Shown here: piece by piece, positions 9,290 through 19,138 of the stretch
How the letters are laid out: each line of letters begins with the position of its first letter
Numbering within the stretch: the first letter of the stretch is position 1
Assembly (NCBI GenBank): GCA_012862495.1
Contig: BLSG01000375.1
Span: forward strand, 1-64,000
DNA: 64,000 bases
DNA from: Thraustochytrium aureum
Lineage: Eukaryota
Direction of reading: 5' to 3'
Position numbers and translations under genes: made by a program
The notes under the pieces: model-generated
What the model was told of the DNA's origin: nothing
What the model saw: the letters and a program-made list of their open reading frames with translations, nothing else
The model's database searches: none

Positions 9290-12208
9290 ATGCACTCTAG
9301 GGAGCGTGGAAACGGCAACCTAGGCGGCGCGCGTAAGCGCCTTAGCTCGGAGGAGGTCGACTCATTCGCCGAGGTTGACGAGGTGCTCTTGAACTCCGGC
9401 GACCAGTTCCAACTCGTGGGGGCGGCTGACTGGGGAACCCTTAGCGGCGATAGCATAGGCACCCATCACGGTGGGTTTTGGGGCTGGCTGCGCCGACGAA
9501 CCCTCGTTGAGGGGTTTCTCGTTGTAGCATGCTGCGTCCTCGCTCTGTTGCTCGGAATTGGATTGAATTCCGCAAGAGAGGGACGGTCCTCGCCTGTGCC
9601 CCATCCCCACGGCGACGGCGGCGAAGACTCGGGTATTGGAGGCGACGAATCGCTCTGTGAGACGCCTGGATGCATCTCCATTGCCGACTCGCTTCTTCAC
9701 TCTCTCAGCCTAGATGTCGACCCGTGCCAAGATTTTTATGCGTTCGTGTGCTCGCGCTGGGAAGAGGACAATCCGATACCGGACGCCCGCACTGGCTACA
9801 CTGCGCTTTCTAAGCTTGCAGATGTCAACCTGCACCTTGAGCGAACGCTGCTAGAGTCCGACGGCGACGCGGAGGACATGGCGAAACACCACGTCATGAC
9901 GCAGGCATTCTTCAAGTCGTGCATGGACGTCGATATTATCGACGAGAGAGGGGCTTTGCCTCTGCTCCAACTTTCGGCGGGCTTGGGTATTGATGACTGG
10001 GCAATCCAAGTCGAAACGATGCGCGACCTCGACGCCGACGAAGACGCCCCGTCTGACGCGACTCCAAACACCAGTCCTCAACGAACTGCCGAGCCGACGA
10101 CTGCCGAGCCGACCACAGCCAAGCCGACTACAGCCAAGCCGACTACAGCCAAGCCGACTACAGCCAAGCCGACCACAGCCAAGCCGACTACAGCCAAGCC
10201 GACGACAGCCAAGCCGACGACAGCGGCACCAACAACAGCCAAGCCGACGACAGCGGCACCAACAACAGCCAAACCGACAACAGCCAAGCCGACTACAGCC
10301 AAGCCGACTACAGCCAAGCCGACTAGGGCCCCAACGAACCGAAAACCTACCATGCAGCCAAGCGCTGCGCCGACGCCGGAAGCTGCGTGGTCGAAGAGCG
10401 ACTTTCGTGACCTTGCAGGGATATTCGCACGAATGCATCGGCTGAGCGTCAACGTTTTGTTCGACTTTGGGGTCGGGGCGGACGACAAGGACTCGCGCAA
10501 AAACACGCTATTTCTAAGCCAAGCGGGCCTCTCGCTGCCGTCGCGCGAATACTATCTTGGGAAAGACCCCGAGTCGGACCCGAACCTAATCGCAGTCCAC
10601 GAGTACGCCTCCACTCTGCTTGCGCTCTGGGAGAATCCCGACGGCGAATTGTCAGCCAGCTCAAAGTCAAAACTTTGGGCCCGCGCCGCAGCGTTAGTCC
10701 GGTTCGAACAGCGCGTCGCGGAGATCATGGAGACCAACGAGTACATGCGAGACCCGGAAAAAATCGTACAACAGGGTCAGCGTGAAGCAGCTGGACGAAA
10801 TTGCACCCGAGCTAAACCTTGGCTTGTACTTGGATGCGATCGTACAAGGCGCTTCGAACGTGGACACGGCCCCGGAGACCGTGGTGGTCACTTCAACTGG
10901 ATACCTGAGACGGCTAGGCGCGCTGATGGCAAAGGAGCGCAAGTCGGTTGTGCGGGACTACCTGAGGTTTTCCCTTGCGCAGGGATTTGCGGCGCACCTC
11001 TCGGCCCCCTTCCGCGAGGCCAATTTTGCCATCGACAAAGTGCTGCTGGGCGTCGTCGACGAACCCCCACGCTGGGAAATTTGCGTCGGCCGCACCAAGG
11101 CCTACTTGGGGTTCATGGTGGGCCGCCTCTTTGCCGAGTCGCGGTTTTCCGAGGCCGGCCGCAGGGCCGCAAATGCGATGCTCGACAAGATACGCCAAAC
11201 GTTTCGGCGGAACCTCGAGCAGCTGGACTGGATGGATCCGAAGACGCAAAGTCGTGCCCTTGCCAAGTTGGACGCGGTTGGGCGCAAGATCGGCTTCCCG
11301 GACTTTGTCATGGACGACCAGGCTCTTGCCTTGCACTACAAAGGATTTCAAGTCACCGCGGACGACTATTTCGGCAACGTGCTGAGCGGCCGCAAGTTTC
11401 TGCTGCGGCGCACCCTCGACAAGCTAGGTCGGCCGGTGGACCGCTCAGAGTGGCACATGTCGCCGAGCACGGTGAACGCGTACTACTCGCAGTCCATGAA
11501 CGAGATGGTCTTCCCCGCAGGCGTGCTTCAGGCCCCGCTCTTCCAGGACGACTTCATCCAAGCGAGCAACTTTGGTGGGATTGGCATGGTCATGGCGCAC
11601 GAGCTGACGCATGGGTTCGATGACTCGGGGTCTCAGTACGATGCGCATGGCAACCTCGAGACGTGGTGGGAGGCGGCGACGTTGTCCAAGTTCAAGCAGC
11701 GCACACGTTGCATCGCGGACCAGTACTCTGCTTTCGAGATGAACGAAGAGCATTTGAATGGCAACCTCACGCTAGGCGAGAACATCGCAGACAACGGGGG
11801 CCTGAAAACGGCATTTCTGGCGTACCGCGCGTCCCTCTCGGCTGGCGGTCGCCTTGGCGACGGCAGTTCCGGGACGCGCCTGCCTGGGCTGGAGTCGTTT
11901 ACTTCGGACCAGCTCTTTTTCATTTCCTTCGCGTCAATATGGTGCGGCTCGAGGCGGCCTGCCGCGTTGCACGAGTCGCTGTTGACGGACCCGTAAGTTT
12001 CACTCGCTTTTGGCTTCTGTTGTGCAAGCCCGCGCTGTGTTTTAGCTGGCTGACGAGGTTGTCGAGGGCCAAACGGGTGCGCGAGTAGACACTCTCCAGG
12101 GCGGTTTCGGGTCACGGGGGCTGTGCAGAACAGCCAGGACTTTGCCGAGCGTTTCGTTGTCCTGCTGGCTCGCCAATGAATCCTGTTCGCAAGTGCTCTG
12201 TGTGGTAG
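9290..12208 (+). CDS. M13 family zinc metalloendopeptidase (neprilysin/endothelin-converting enzyme-like), type II membrane protein; intron 11993-12088; frameshifts near 10760 and 12150; true start may be upstream (~9125-9183)
   Basis: TM helix, CETPGC...VDPCQDFYAFVC, VNAYY, HELTHGFDD (HExxH), GENIADNGG. After splicing the sequence reads TDP-HSPGRFRV...FRCPAGSPMNPVRKCSVW*. Confidence 0.93.
10085..10330 (+). repeat. 15-bp coding tandem repeat encoding ~15 PTTA(K/E/A) units
   Basis: CCGAC(T/C/G)ACAGCCAAG units visible inside the M13 ORF. Confidence 0.95.
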
Positions 12209-12543
12209 GGGGATGAGCATCCCCGAGTTTTAGGTAAATAGGCCTATTCAGTGCTTCCGATGCCGAGACGTCGCGGCGCTCGTCTCCCTCGCGGCACTCC
12301 AGCGTTTGTCGCCGACCGTAGCGAGGACGACGACGGGACTTGGCGTCCCCGACAGACAGGACACTTGCAAAGCGCTGCGAAGGCACATGTCGCCATCAGG
12401 GGACTCAACCAGCAACGTGCAGGCAAGTGATGCGAAGCGAAGCGACGGTGAAGCTGGGTTTTATAAATGTATCGCGCAGCGGCGGTGCGCGCGATTCACA
12501 GAACAACACCTATTTGTGAGGAAAGCGAGTCCGTGGTGACCTC

Positions 12544-14109
12544 TTAGAGCTTGGCCTTGCCCTTGAAAGCGTTGCGCAGGATGTACATCCCCATGACCCC
12601 GATGGCGAGGTTCTTCTTGTCAGTGAGCGCGTGCACTGCCTTGCCAAAGTAGTAGTTGACAGCAGGCGTGAAGGCAACATTCATGATCGCTTGGTCCACC
12701 GCACTGTAGGGCGGGTACCGGAGCGGAGCATCGAGCATGTTGATGCGGCGCACGACCGCCTTTCGGTGCGCAAAGCAGTCAAAACTGTGCTTGCCATGGT
12801 AAGAGCCCATGCCAGAGGCGCCGACACCGCCAAACGGCAGCTCTGGGTTGGCAAGGTGAACCACCACGTCGTTAATGATGGCGCCACCGGACGAGGTCAG
12901 GCGCAGCACGCGCTCGGCCACCTCGTCGTCGGTCGTAAAACAGTAAAGCGCGAGCGGCTTTTCGCGTTGGCGAATGAAGGGAAGAACCTCCATGTCCAGG
13001 TCAGAGTACCTGAAGATCGGAACGAGTGGCCCAAAGAGCTCGTCCGCCATGAGCTCGGAGTTGGCAAAGGCCTCGACGTCGTTGCCAAAGTCGTAGATGG
13101 AAGGCTCGATGAAGAGCTCCTCCGCGTCGAAAGCGCCACCGTGAACCAGGTACTTTGCGTCGCGTTCCATGCACTTGCGCAGGCGACCAAACGCGCCCTC
13201 GTTGATGAGGCGACCAAACCACTCGGAGCGCTTGATGTCCCGGCCGTAAAACTCGACCAGGGTGCGCTTCACCTCGCGGATGAATTCGTCGGCGACCGCT
13301 TCGTGAACCATGAGGTAGTCGGGGCGAACGCAGGTCTGCCCGCTATTCATGAACGCGCCCCACGTGTAGCGGTGCGCGGCCACGTAGAGGTCAGCGGTGC
13401 GGTCCACGATGCAGGGCGACTTGCCGCCAAGCTCGAGCACGCACGGGGTCAAGTTCTTGGCGCACGCCTCAGCGATGACCTTGCCAACGAACGGGCTGCC
13501 GGTGAAAAACACCATGTCCAGCTTTTGGTCCAGCAGCGCGTTGGTGACGTGGCGGTTGCCCTCCACCGCGACGATGCAGTCCGGGTCCATGTACTTGTTG
13601 ATGAGCTTGACGATCACGTGGGACGAGTTGGCCGCATACGAGCCGGGCTTGACAACCACCGCGTTGCCGGCTGCGATGGCGCCGACCATGGGCTGGATCG
13701 TCAGCAAGACGTTGTAGTTCCACGCGCCGAGGATGGCCACCACCCCCAGGGGGTCCTTTTGGATGTAGCTTCGGGCCGGCGCGTTGAACAGGCCGGTGCC
13801 CACGGCCTCGTCGGCCATCCACTCGTCCATGTGCTTGAGCGCATCGTAAATCTCTTGGTGGATCAAGGCGATCTCCTGCATGAACGATTGGAAGCGATCC
13901 TTGTGCAGGTCCTGGTACAGCGCCTCGCTCAGCTCGTCCCGTCCTTCCTTGAGCATGCGGTCGAGGGCCTCCAGCTGGCTTCGACGCCACCCGGCCGACC
14001 GCGTCTTGTCCACATTAAAGCTCTCCCGGAGCGCATCGACCAGCGGCCCAATGTCCTCTGGTTGCACGGACGCCTCGAGGGCGCCAGCCTGGTCGCTCGG
14101 CCGGGGCAT
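12544..14109 (-). CDS. ALDH3: Aldehyde dehydrogenase family 3 (fatty aldehyde dehydrogenase-like), C-terminal -AKL
   Basis: PLGVVAILGAWNY, FFTGS, LELGGKSP, NSGQTCVRPDY (catalytic Cys), ELFGP, EKPLALY, LPFGGVGASGMGSYHG, RYPPY. Likely start MPRPSDQ at 14109. Confidence 0.93.
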   Translation of the reverse strand: MPRPSDQAGALEASVQPEDIGPLVDALRESFNVDKTRSAGWRRSQLEALDRMLKEGRDELSEALYQDLHKDRFQSFMQEIALIHQEIYDALKHMDEWMADEAVGTGLFNAPARSYIQKDPLGVVAILGAWNYNVLLTIQPMVGAIAAGNAVVVKPGSYAANSSHVIVKLINKYMDPDCIVAVEGNRHVTNALLDQKLDMVFFTGSPFVGKVIAEACAKNLTPCVLELGGKSPCIVDRTADLYVAAHRYTWGAFMNSGQTCVRPDYLMVHEAVADEFIREVKRTLVEFYGRDIKRSEWFGRLINEGAFGRLRKCMERDAKYLVHGGAFDAEELFIEPSIYDFGNDVEAFANSELMADELFGPLVPIFRYSDLDMEVLPFIRQREKPLALYCFTTDDEVAERVLRLTSSGGAIINDVVVHLANPELPFGGVGASGMGSYHGKHSFDCFAHRKAVVRRINMLDAPLRYPPYSAVDQAIMNVAFTPAVNYYFGKAVHALTDKKNLAIGVMGMYILRNAFKGKAKL

Positions 14110-14588
14110 GCTGTCTGGCGGGGGGGGTTGCTGAGGCAGGGGCCTACGGTGCCAGAAGCTGCTGCTCTTGCTTCTTCTCTTGCGTCTGCCCTTGCTGCTG
14201 CTCGCTCTCTGGAGACAATGTGCTGGCCGTGGCTTGGCTGGACTGCTCGCCTGTCCGACTGCCGACGCAAAGCAGCTCTGACGAAGCGTTTGGGGTGTTT
14301 CGACCGCGGATCCTGCTTTGGCTCCGACAAGGTTTGGCGTATCGTGGCGCGACCAAAAGATAGGACAGCCCTCTGTTCGTGGGCAAGCTCCAAAAACAGA
14401 GGAGAGAACAACGAACTGACCACCATCAAAACCGGTGAAAGTTCGAGTTGGCCGGCAAACGCAAGACCAGGTGAGACTGACGTTTCGAAGCCAGAGCAGC
14501 GCGCAGGCAGCAGGCAGCAGCAGCCTGTTCTTCTTCAAAATCAATCTTCCAGCGACTCTGCTCACCTGGCTATCTTTTAGAAGGAGTA

Positions 14589-14977
14589 CTATCGTAATGA
14601 GTAGAGCTAGCTAGCACTATGCAAGTACCTGCAGTTGGGAGACCACCTTGGTCGCTTCGCGCGAAAGCTCCAGGCAGGCGTCGTCGACGAGCTCCTGGAC
14701 AATCTCCGCAGCAGGCTGGATGCGATGGACACCCCCGATCGCCTGGCCAGCGTACTGTGGGTGCGTGCCCGCAAAGTCAAAGGGCTTGCTATCGAAATGA
14801 GCAGAGCTAGCACTACCTACAGCCGGGAGACCACCTTGGTCGCTCCGCGCGAAAGCACCAGGCAGGCGTCGTCGACGAGCTCCTGGACAATCTCCGCAAC
14901 AGGCTGGATGCGATGGATACCCCCGATCGCCTGGCCAGCGTACTGTGGGTACGTGCCCGCAAGGTCAAAGGGCTTGC
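14589..14977. repeat. ~188-bp tandem duplication (at least 2 copies, running into a gap)
   Basis: GGGAGACCACCTTGGTCGCT...GTCAAAGGGCTTGC at 14637 and 14825 with few substitutions. Confidence 0.9.
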
Positions 14978-15133
14978 NNNNNNNNNNNNNNNNNNNNNNN
15001 NNNNNNNNNNNNNNNNNNNNNNNNNNNNNNNNNNNNNNNNNNNNNNNNNNNNNNNNNNNNNNNNNNNNNNNNNNNNNNNNNNNNNNNNNNNNNNNNNNNN
15101 NNNNNNNNNNNNNNNNNNNNNNNNNNNNNNNNN

Positions 15134-15992
15134 CACTGCTCTCAGCGCATCGATGCGGTCGCGCTTGTTGCGCTCATAGTCGACGTTGTAGTCGTTCTTA
15201 ATGCAGCGCACGGGGCGGCCAGTATAGATCGTCGTGCGCAGCGTGTCCGCGCTCTCGTGCTGGATCACGAGCTCCTGGTGCATCTTGGAAGCCCCCGCTT
15301 TCCTCGGCAGCGATGAAGCGCGTCCCAACCCAGACCCCCTCCGCGCCCAGGGCCAGCGCCATCGCAACGCCGCGCCCGTCGTAAATGCCACCTGCACCGA
15401 CCACGACCACGGGCTCGCCGCGAAAATTCTTGCGCCCCTTGCAAGCGTCAACACACTGGGGGAGGAGAACAGACGTGGCGATCTCGCCCGTGTGGCCGCC
15501 GGCCTCGTAGCCCTGCGCGATGATGATATCTGCACCAACCGCGAGCGCCTTGGTGACATGCTTGGGGTGGCCCACCATGTTGGCCACGAGAATCCCAGCC
15601 TCGTGCAGGCGTTGGACGACGTGTGCGGGCGGAACGCCTACCGCCGAAACGAACAAGGTCGGCTTTTCTTCGCACAGGATGTCGACAATCTCGTCGAGCT
15701 TGCCGCGAGTGTAGTCCGAGTTTGTCTTGCGCGCAGATCCGCCCACCTGCGGCAGCAGTAGGTCGACCCCAAACGCAGCGCCGGCGGGGAGCTGCGCCTT
15801 GAGCTCGGCCAGGTCCTTCCGCAGCTGCTCTGGCGTCTTCATCGCCCCGCCAATCACGCCGCAACCGCCAGCCTTGCTCACTGCAGCAGCAAGCTCCGCG
15901 TTCGACACCTTTGCCATACCAGCGAGCAAGACCGGGTGCTTGATCCCAAGCAGCCGCGTCAGCTCGGTTTCAAGCCGAGCCTTGCCTGCCAT
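15134..15992 (-). CDS. Nitronate monooxygenase / 2-nitropropane dioxygenase (FabK-like FMN TIM-barrel) family protein; 3' end in gap; frameshift near 15295
   Basis: LGIKHPVLLAGM, ELAAAVSKAGGCGVIGG, FGVDLLLPQVGGSARKTN, AQGYEAGGHTG, AGGIYDGRG, GVWVGTRF, TTIYTGRPVR. Confidence 0.9.
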
Positions 15993-16274
15993 CTTCCTCG
16001 GCAACAACTGGGGCGAAAACAAAAATGGAAAGCTCACCCGCGCCCTCGCTGCTCGTCACGGAAAAGGCTGCGCTGCGTCTCTGCCTGCGGGCTCCGTGCG
16101 CGCTTGGCGTTTTGTGTTCGGCGTTCGGGTACTGGTGAGACGCAGGTCTTGAAACGTGAGACCTGTCATTCCGCCCCAAGCGTGTCGGCGCGAGATTGTC
16201 CCAGGACACCCAGCGACGTCTCGCGTTCGACGGCTTGCGTTGTGGAACGGGTCGCCCCAGCGAAAGAGCCACGC

Positions 16275-16314
<40 letters not shown>

Positions 16315-16315
16315 G
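16275..16315. repeat. (GTT)n microsatellite followed by (GCT/GGT) repeats
   Basis: Directly visible. Confidence 0.9.
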
Positions 16316-16552
16316 AGCAGGTTGGCTCCCTGCTGCTGCTGCTGGTGATGCTGCTGGTGCTGCTGTGACGACGGCGCCATGCGAAAGGTTGGGTTGCCTC
16401 GACTACAGAGTGAATGCAACGCACGCGTAGAGTGGTGTAGAGTACAAGAGGGCCAATGGACTGCGGACCGCTGATGTAGAATGCCGGCAACTCAACAGAA
16501 AGCAACAGGGAAACAGGGACGACCGACTTGCTGACAGCAGTTCTCTCTGCAA

Positions 16553-18099
16553 TTACTCCACGTAGTCCATGGTGCAATGGTCTGATAGGCGCAGAAGCTC
16601 GTTCCAGTCCTTCTTGCGCCGGCGCATTGGGTTAAAGTTGGTCCACCAACGCGGCTGCTCGATGTGCTCGTCCGCCCGCGCGGGGTTGTAGATGTCGTCC
16701 CCGCACTCGGCCAAGATGCGGTCCGCACTCGACTTGGGAAACAGCTTGGCGGCCGCAAGGACCTTTGCCTTTGCAATCTTGCGGCGCTCGAGCAAAAGCT
16801 CGAGGCTCGGCTGCGGGATCGTCATCAGCCGGTAGATGCCGCATATGGACCGCGCAGAGGCCACCGCTTCCTCAAAAAGACGCATCGTGAGCCACAAGTA
16901 GGCGAGCACAAAGTGCGCTTTGACGTTGAAGATGACCACGAGGCCAATGATCGAGAAAAACCCGACCAGCATCTTGTTCTCAGCCATCGAGTCCACCCAG
17001 CCAATCCCTCGTCCAAGCAACTCGCGCTCCTTTCGCTTGATGAGAAACCAGACTGGGCTCCACAGCACCAGCCCCGGGGTAGCCACCGTGAACAGAACCG
17101 CACAGACCACCGTGCGATAGGCGATGATCCGCATGCACTTTTGCGAGCTCGGCCGCACGCCGTCGTCAGCCGCCACGCGCCGGATGCGCTCGTCCTTGAT
17201 CTTGACCGCGTCAAGGACCTGCTGGTACGTCTCGAGCGCGTCCCAAACCTCCCCGACCGTGATCCCGGCGCCCTCAATGGCAGTGTCGCGGTCCAGCTTC
17301 AGGACCTCGACCCAGCCGCGCAGCAGATACATGTACGTGGAAAGGCTCATGTAGGTGCCCAGCGGGCGCTGGATCCGCGTCGCCGTGATCGCGAACTTGA
17401 TATGCTGCCAGTTGGGGGCCGTCACGGTGTTTTCCTTAAACTCGTCCTCCAGCTTCTTGATCAGCTCATCCGCGCACTCCTTGCGCGACTTGCCGTTCTC
17501 CAGCCAAGTCTTGTCCACCTCGATCGGGGGCCGGAACCGCAGCAAAACGTCAGAGCGAAACTTTTCCCGATGCGTCCAGGCCATCGTGGCGGGCAGGATC
17601 TTCACTTTAAACGAGTCATCGCCTCGGGCTACGGCGCGGGCCACGGCCTCGAGAGCAATGTGCGCCACTCCGCTCTTGAGCGCAGACGCGAACGAGCGAA
17701 AGCTGCTCACGCCCTCTGGGGCAAATCCCACGCAGTTGCCCTGGTCGAGCGCCTGGTACACGGCCCGGAACATCTCCTTGTTGAACTCGTTTGCCAGCTC
17801 GCCGTGCTCGATGCGCCGATAGACGGGAACGGCGCCCGACATTCGCACCATTTGCGAGATGACGGGCATGTCCCACAGCGTGTTCTTGGCGCAGAACCTA
17901 ATCACTCGCGGCGTGTGACTAATCAGCGAGATTGAGTCTGTGAGGCTGTTGCCATGGTTGAAGCAGAGCAGTGTGGGCTGCCCTCCGGAGGAACAAACTC
18001 CTTGTCACGCACGTCAAACGACGCATAGAACACGCCGCTCCCACACCTGAACATGAAAAAGATCAAATCATACAGCGGCGACCCGCTCAGCAGCCCCAT
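16553..18099 (-). CDS. Glycerolipid acyltransferase, PlsC superfamily, glycerol-3-phosphate acyltransferase (Sct1/Gpt2-like); frameshift near 17975
   Basis: Restored reading gives PTLLCFNHGNSLTD (HxxxxD), FCAKNTLW, GAVPVYRR, FAPEGVS, KSGVAHIAL, REKFRSDV, plus C-terminal TM helices. Confidence 0.85.
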
Positions 18100-19138
18100 C
18101 TTTTCCAGCCCCCGTGTTCGCACAGCAACAACAACGCAGCCCTGCAACCAGGCGACCAGCTCGCCGAGCACGTTAACCAGCCAGCAAGACAGACAGCAAG
18201 ACAGACAGCAAGACAAGACAGAAAAGCCAAAAGCCAAAAGCCAGCTAGCCAGCCAGCCAGCCAGCCAGCGAGGCGAGCAGCTCAGACGGACAACCCGACA
18301 GCGAGCCGCTCGGCAGACCGCCGCGCCGTCGAGCAGGACGTCCTCCTTTCGCGCTCTGCGCCACCGCCAGGCTGCAAAAGCTCGTCGCACAGCAACTGCG
18401 CCCTGTCGGTTAAAAACACCGCTCCTCCGTTACTTACCGACCTCAACGAACGCACCGGCAAACGCGCTGCATTCCCTCGAAACCCTACCCGTTCCCACCT
18501 GTGCTCTCCCGGGGAATAACTGGGCTGCGCCCTGGACACTCAACCCCTAACGGCGCGCCACACATTTGCCGACACTCACTGATAAGTCCCCGCCGCCTCA
18601 TAATCACCCCATCGAGGGGATGTACCCCCTACCCCCATGAACCCTAGGAGGTCCTGACCCTAGCTGACCTGACTGAAAGTAACCGTCTGTTCNNNNNNNN
18701 NNNNNNNNNNNNNNNNNNNNNNNNNNNNNNNNNNNNNNNNNNNNNNNNNNNNNNNNNNNNNNNNNNNNNNNNNNNNNNNNNNNNNNNNNNNNNNNNNNNN
18801 NNNNNNNNNNNNNNNNNNNNNNNNNNNNNNNNNNNNNNNNNNNNNNNNNNNNNNNNNNNNNNNNNNNNNNNNNNNNNNNNNNNNNNNNNNNNNNNNNNNN
18901 NNNNNNNNNNNNNNNNNNNNNNNNNNNNNNAAGCCGCGACGCCGCGTCGCCGCTCCGCGTTCAGACTGTAGCCGTCTCGCACAGGCGCTGAGGTGGCCCT
19001 ACTTTGCTGCTGGGAGCTGCACGCTCTGGGTGAGCGCTGGACAAGGGCGCGGGCACAAGACCCTCCGGCGTAGATTAGGCACTAGAAGCGTTAGGGCCGA
19101 GGCCCGCCGGGCGCCGGTGGGCCAAGGCGCTGGCGGTG

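Noticed and set aside
10755..10770. Euplotes-like programmed +1 frameshift at an AAA run
   Set aside because: No adjacent stop codon, and the other shifts in the window share no slippery motif or direction.
14110..14565. N-terminal extensions given by the ORF track for ALDH3 (also CDC73, NMA111 and the PH protein)
   Set aside because: They start at non-ATG or far-upstream codons and read as low-complexity UTR sequence. Family similarity begins at downstream ATGs.
12631..14580. 649-aa plus-strand ORF, and similar long antisense ORFs (16664-17935, 26511-28664, 33990-35405)
   Set aside because: These are shadow ORFs opposite recognisable genes. High GC3 suppresses antisense stops, and the translations show no family motifs.
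18540..18665. Interstitial telomeric repeats
   Set aside because: Only scattered, non-tandem CCCTA-like words are present.
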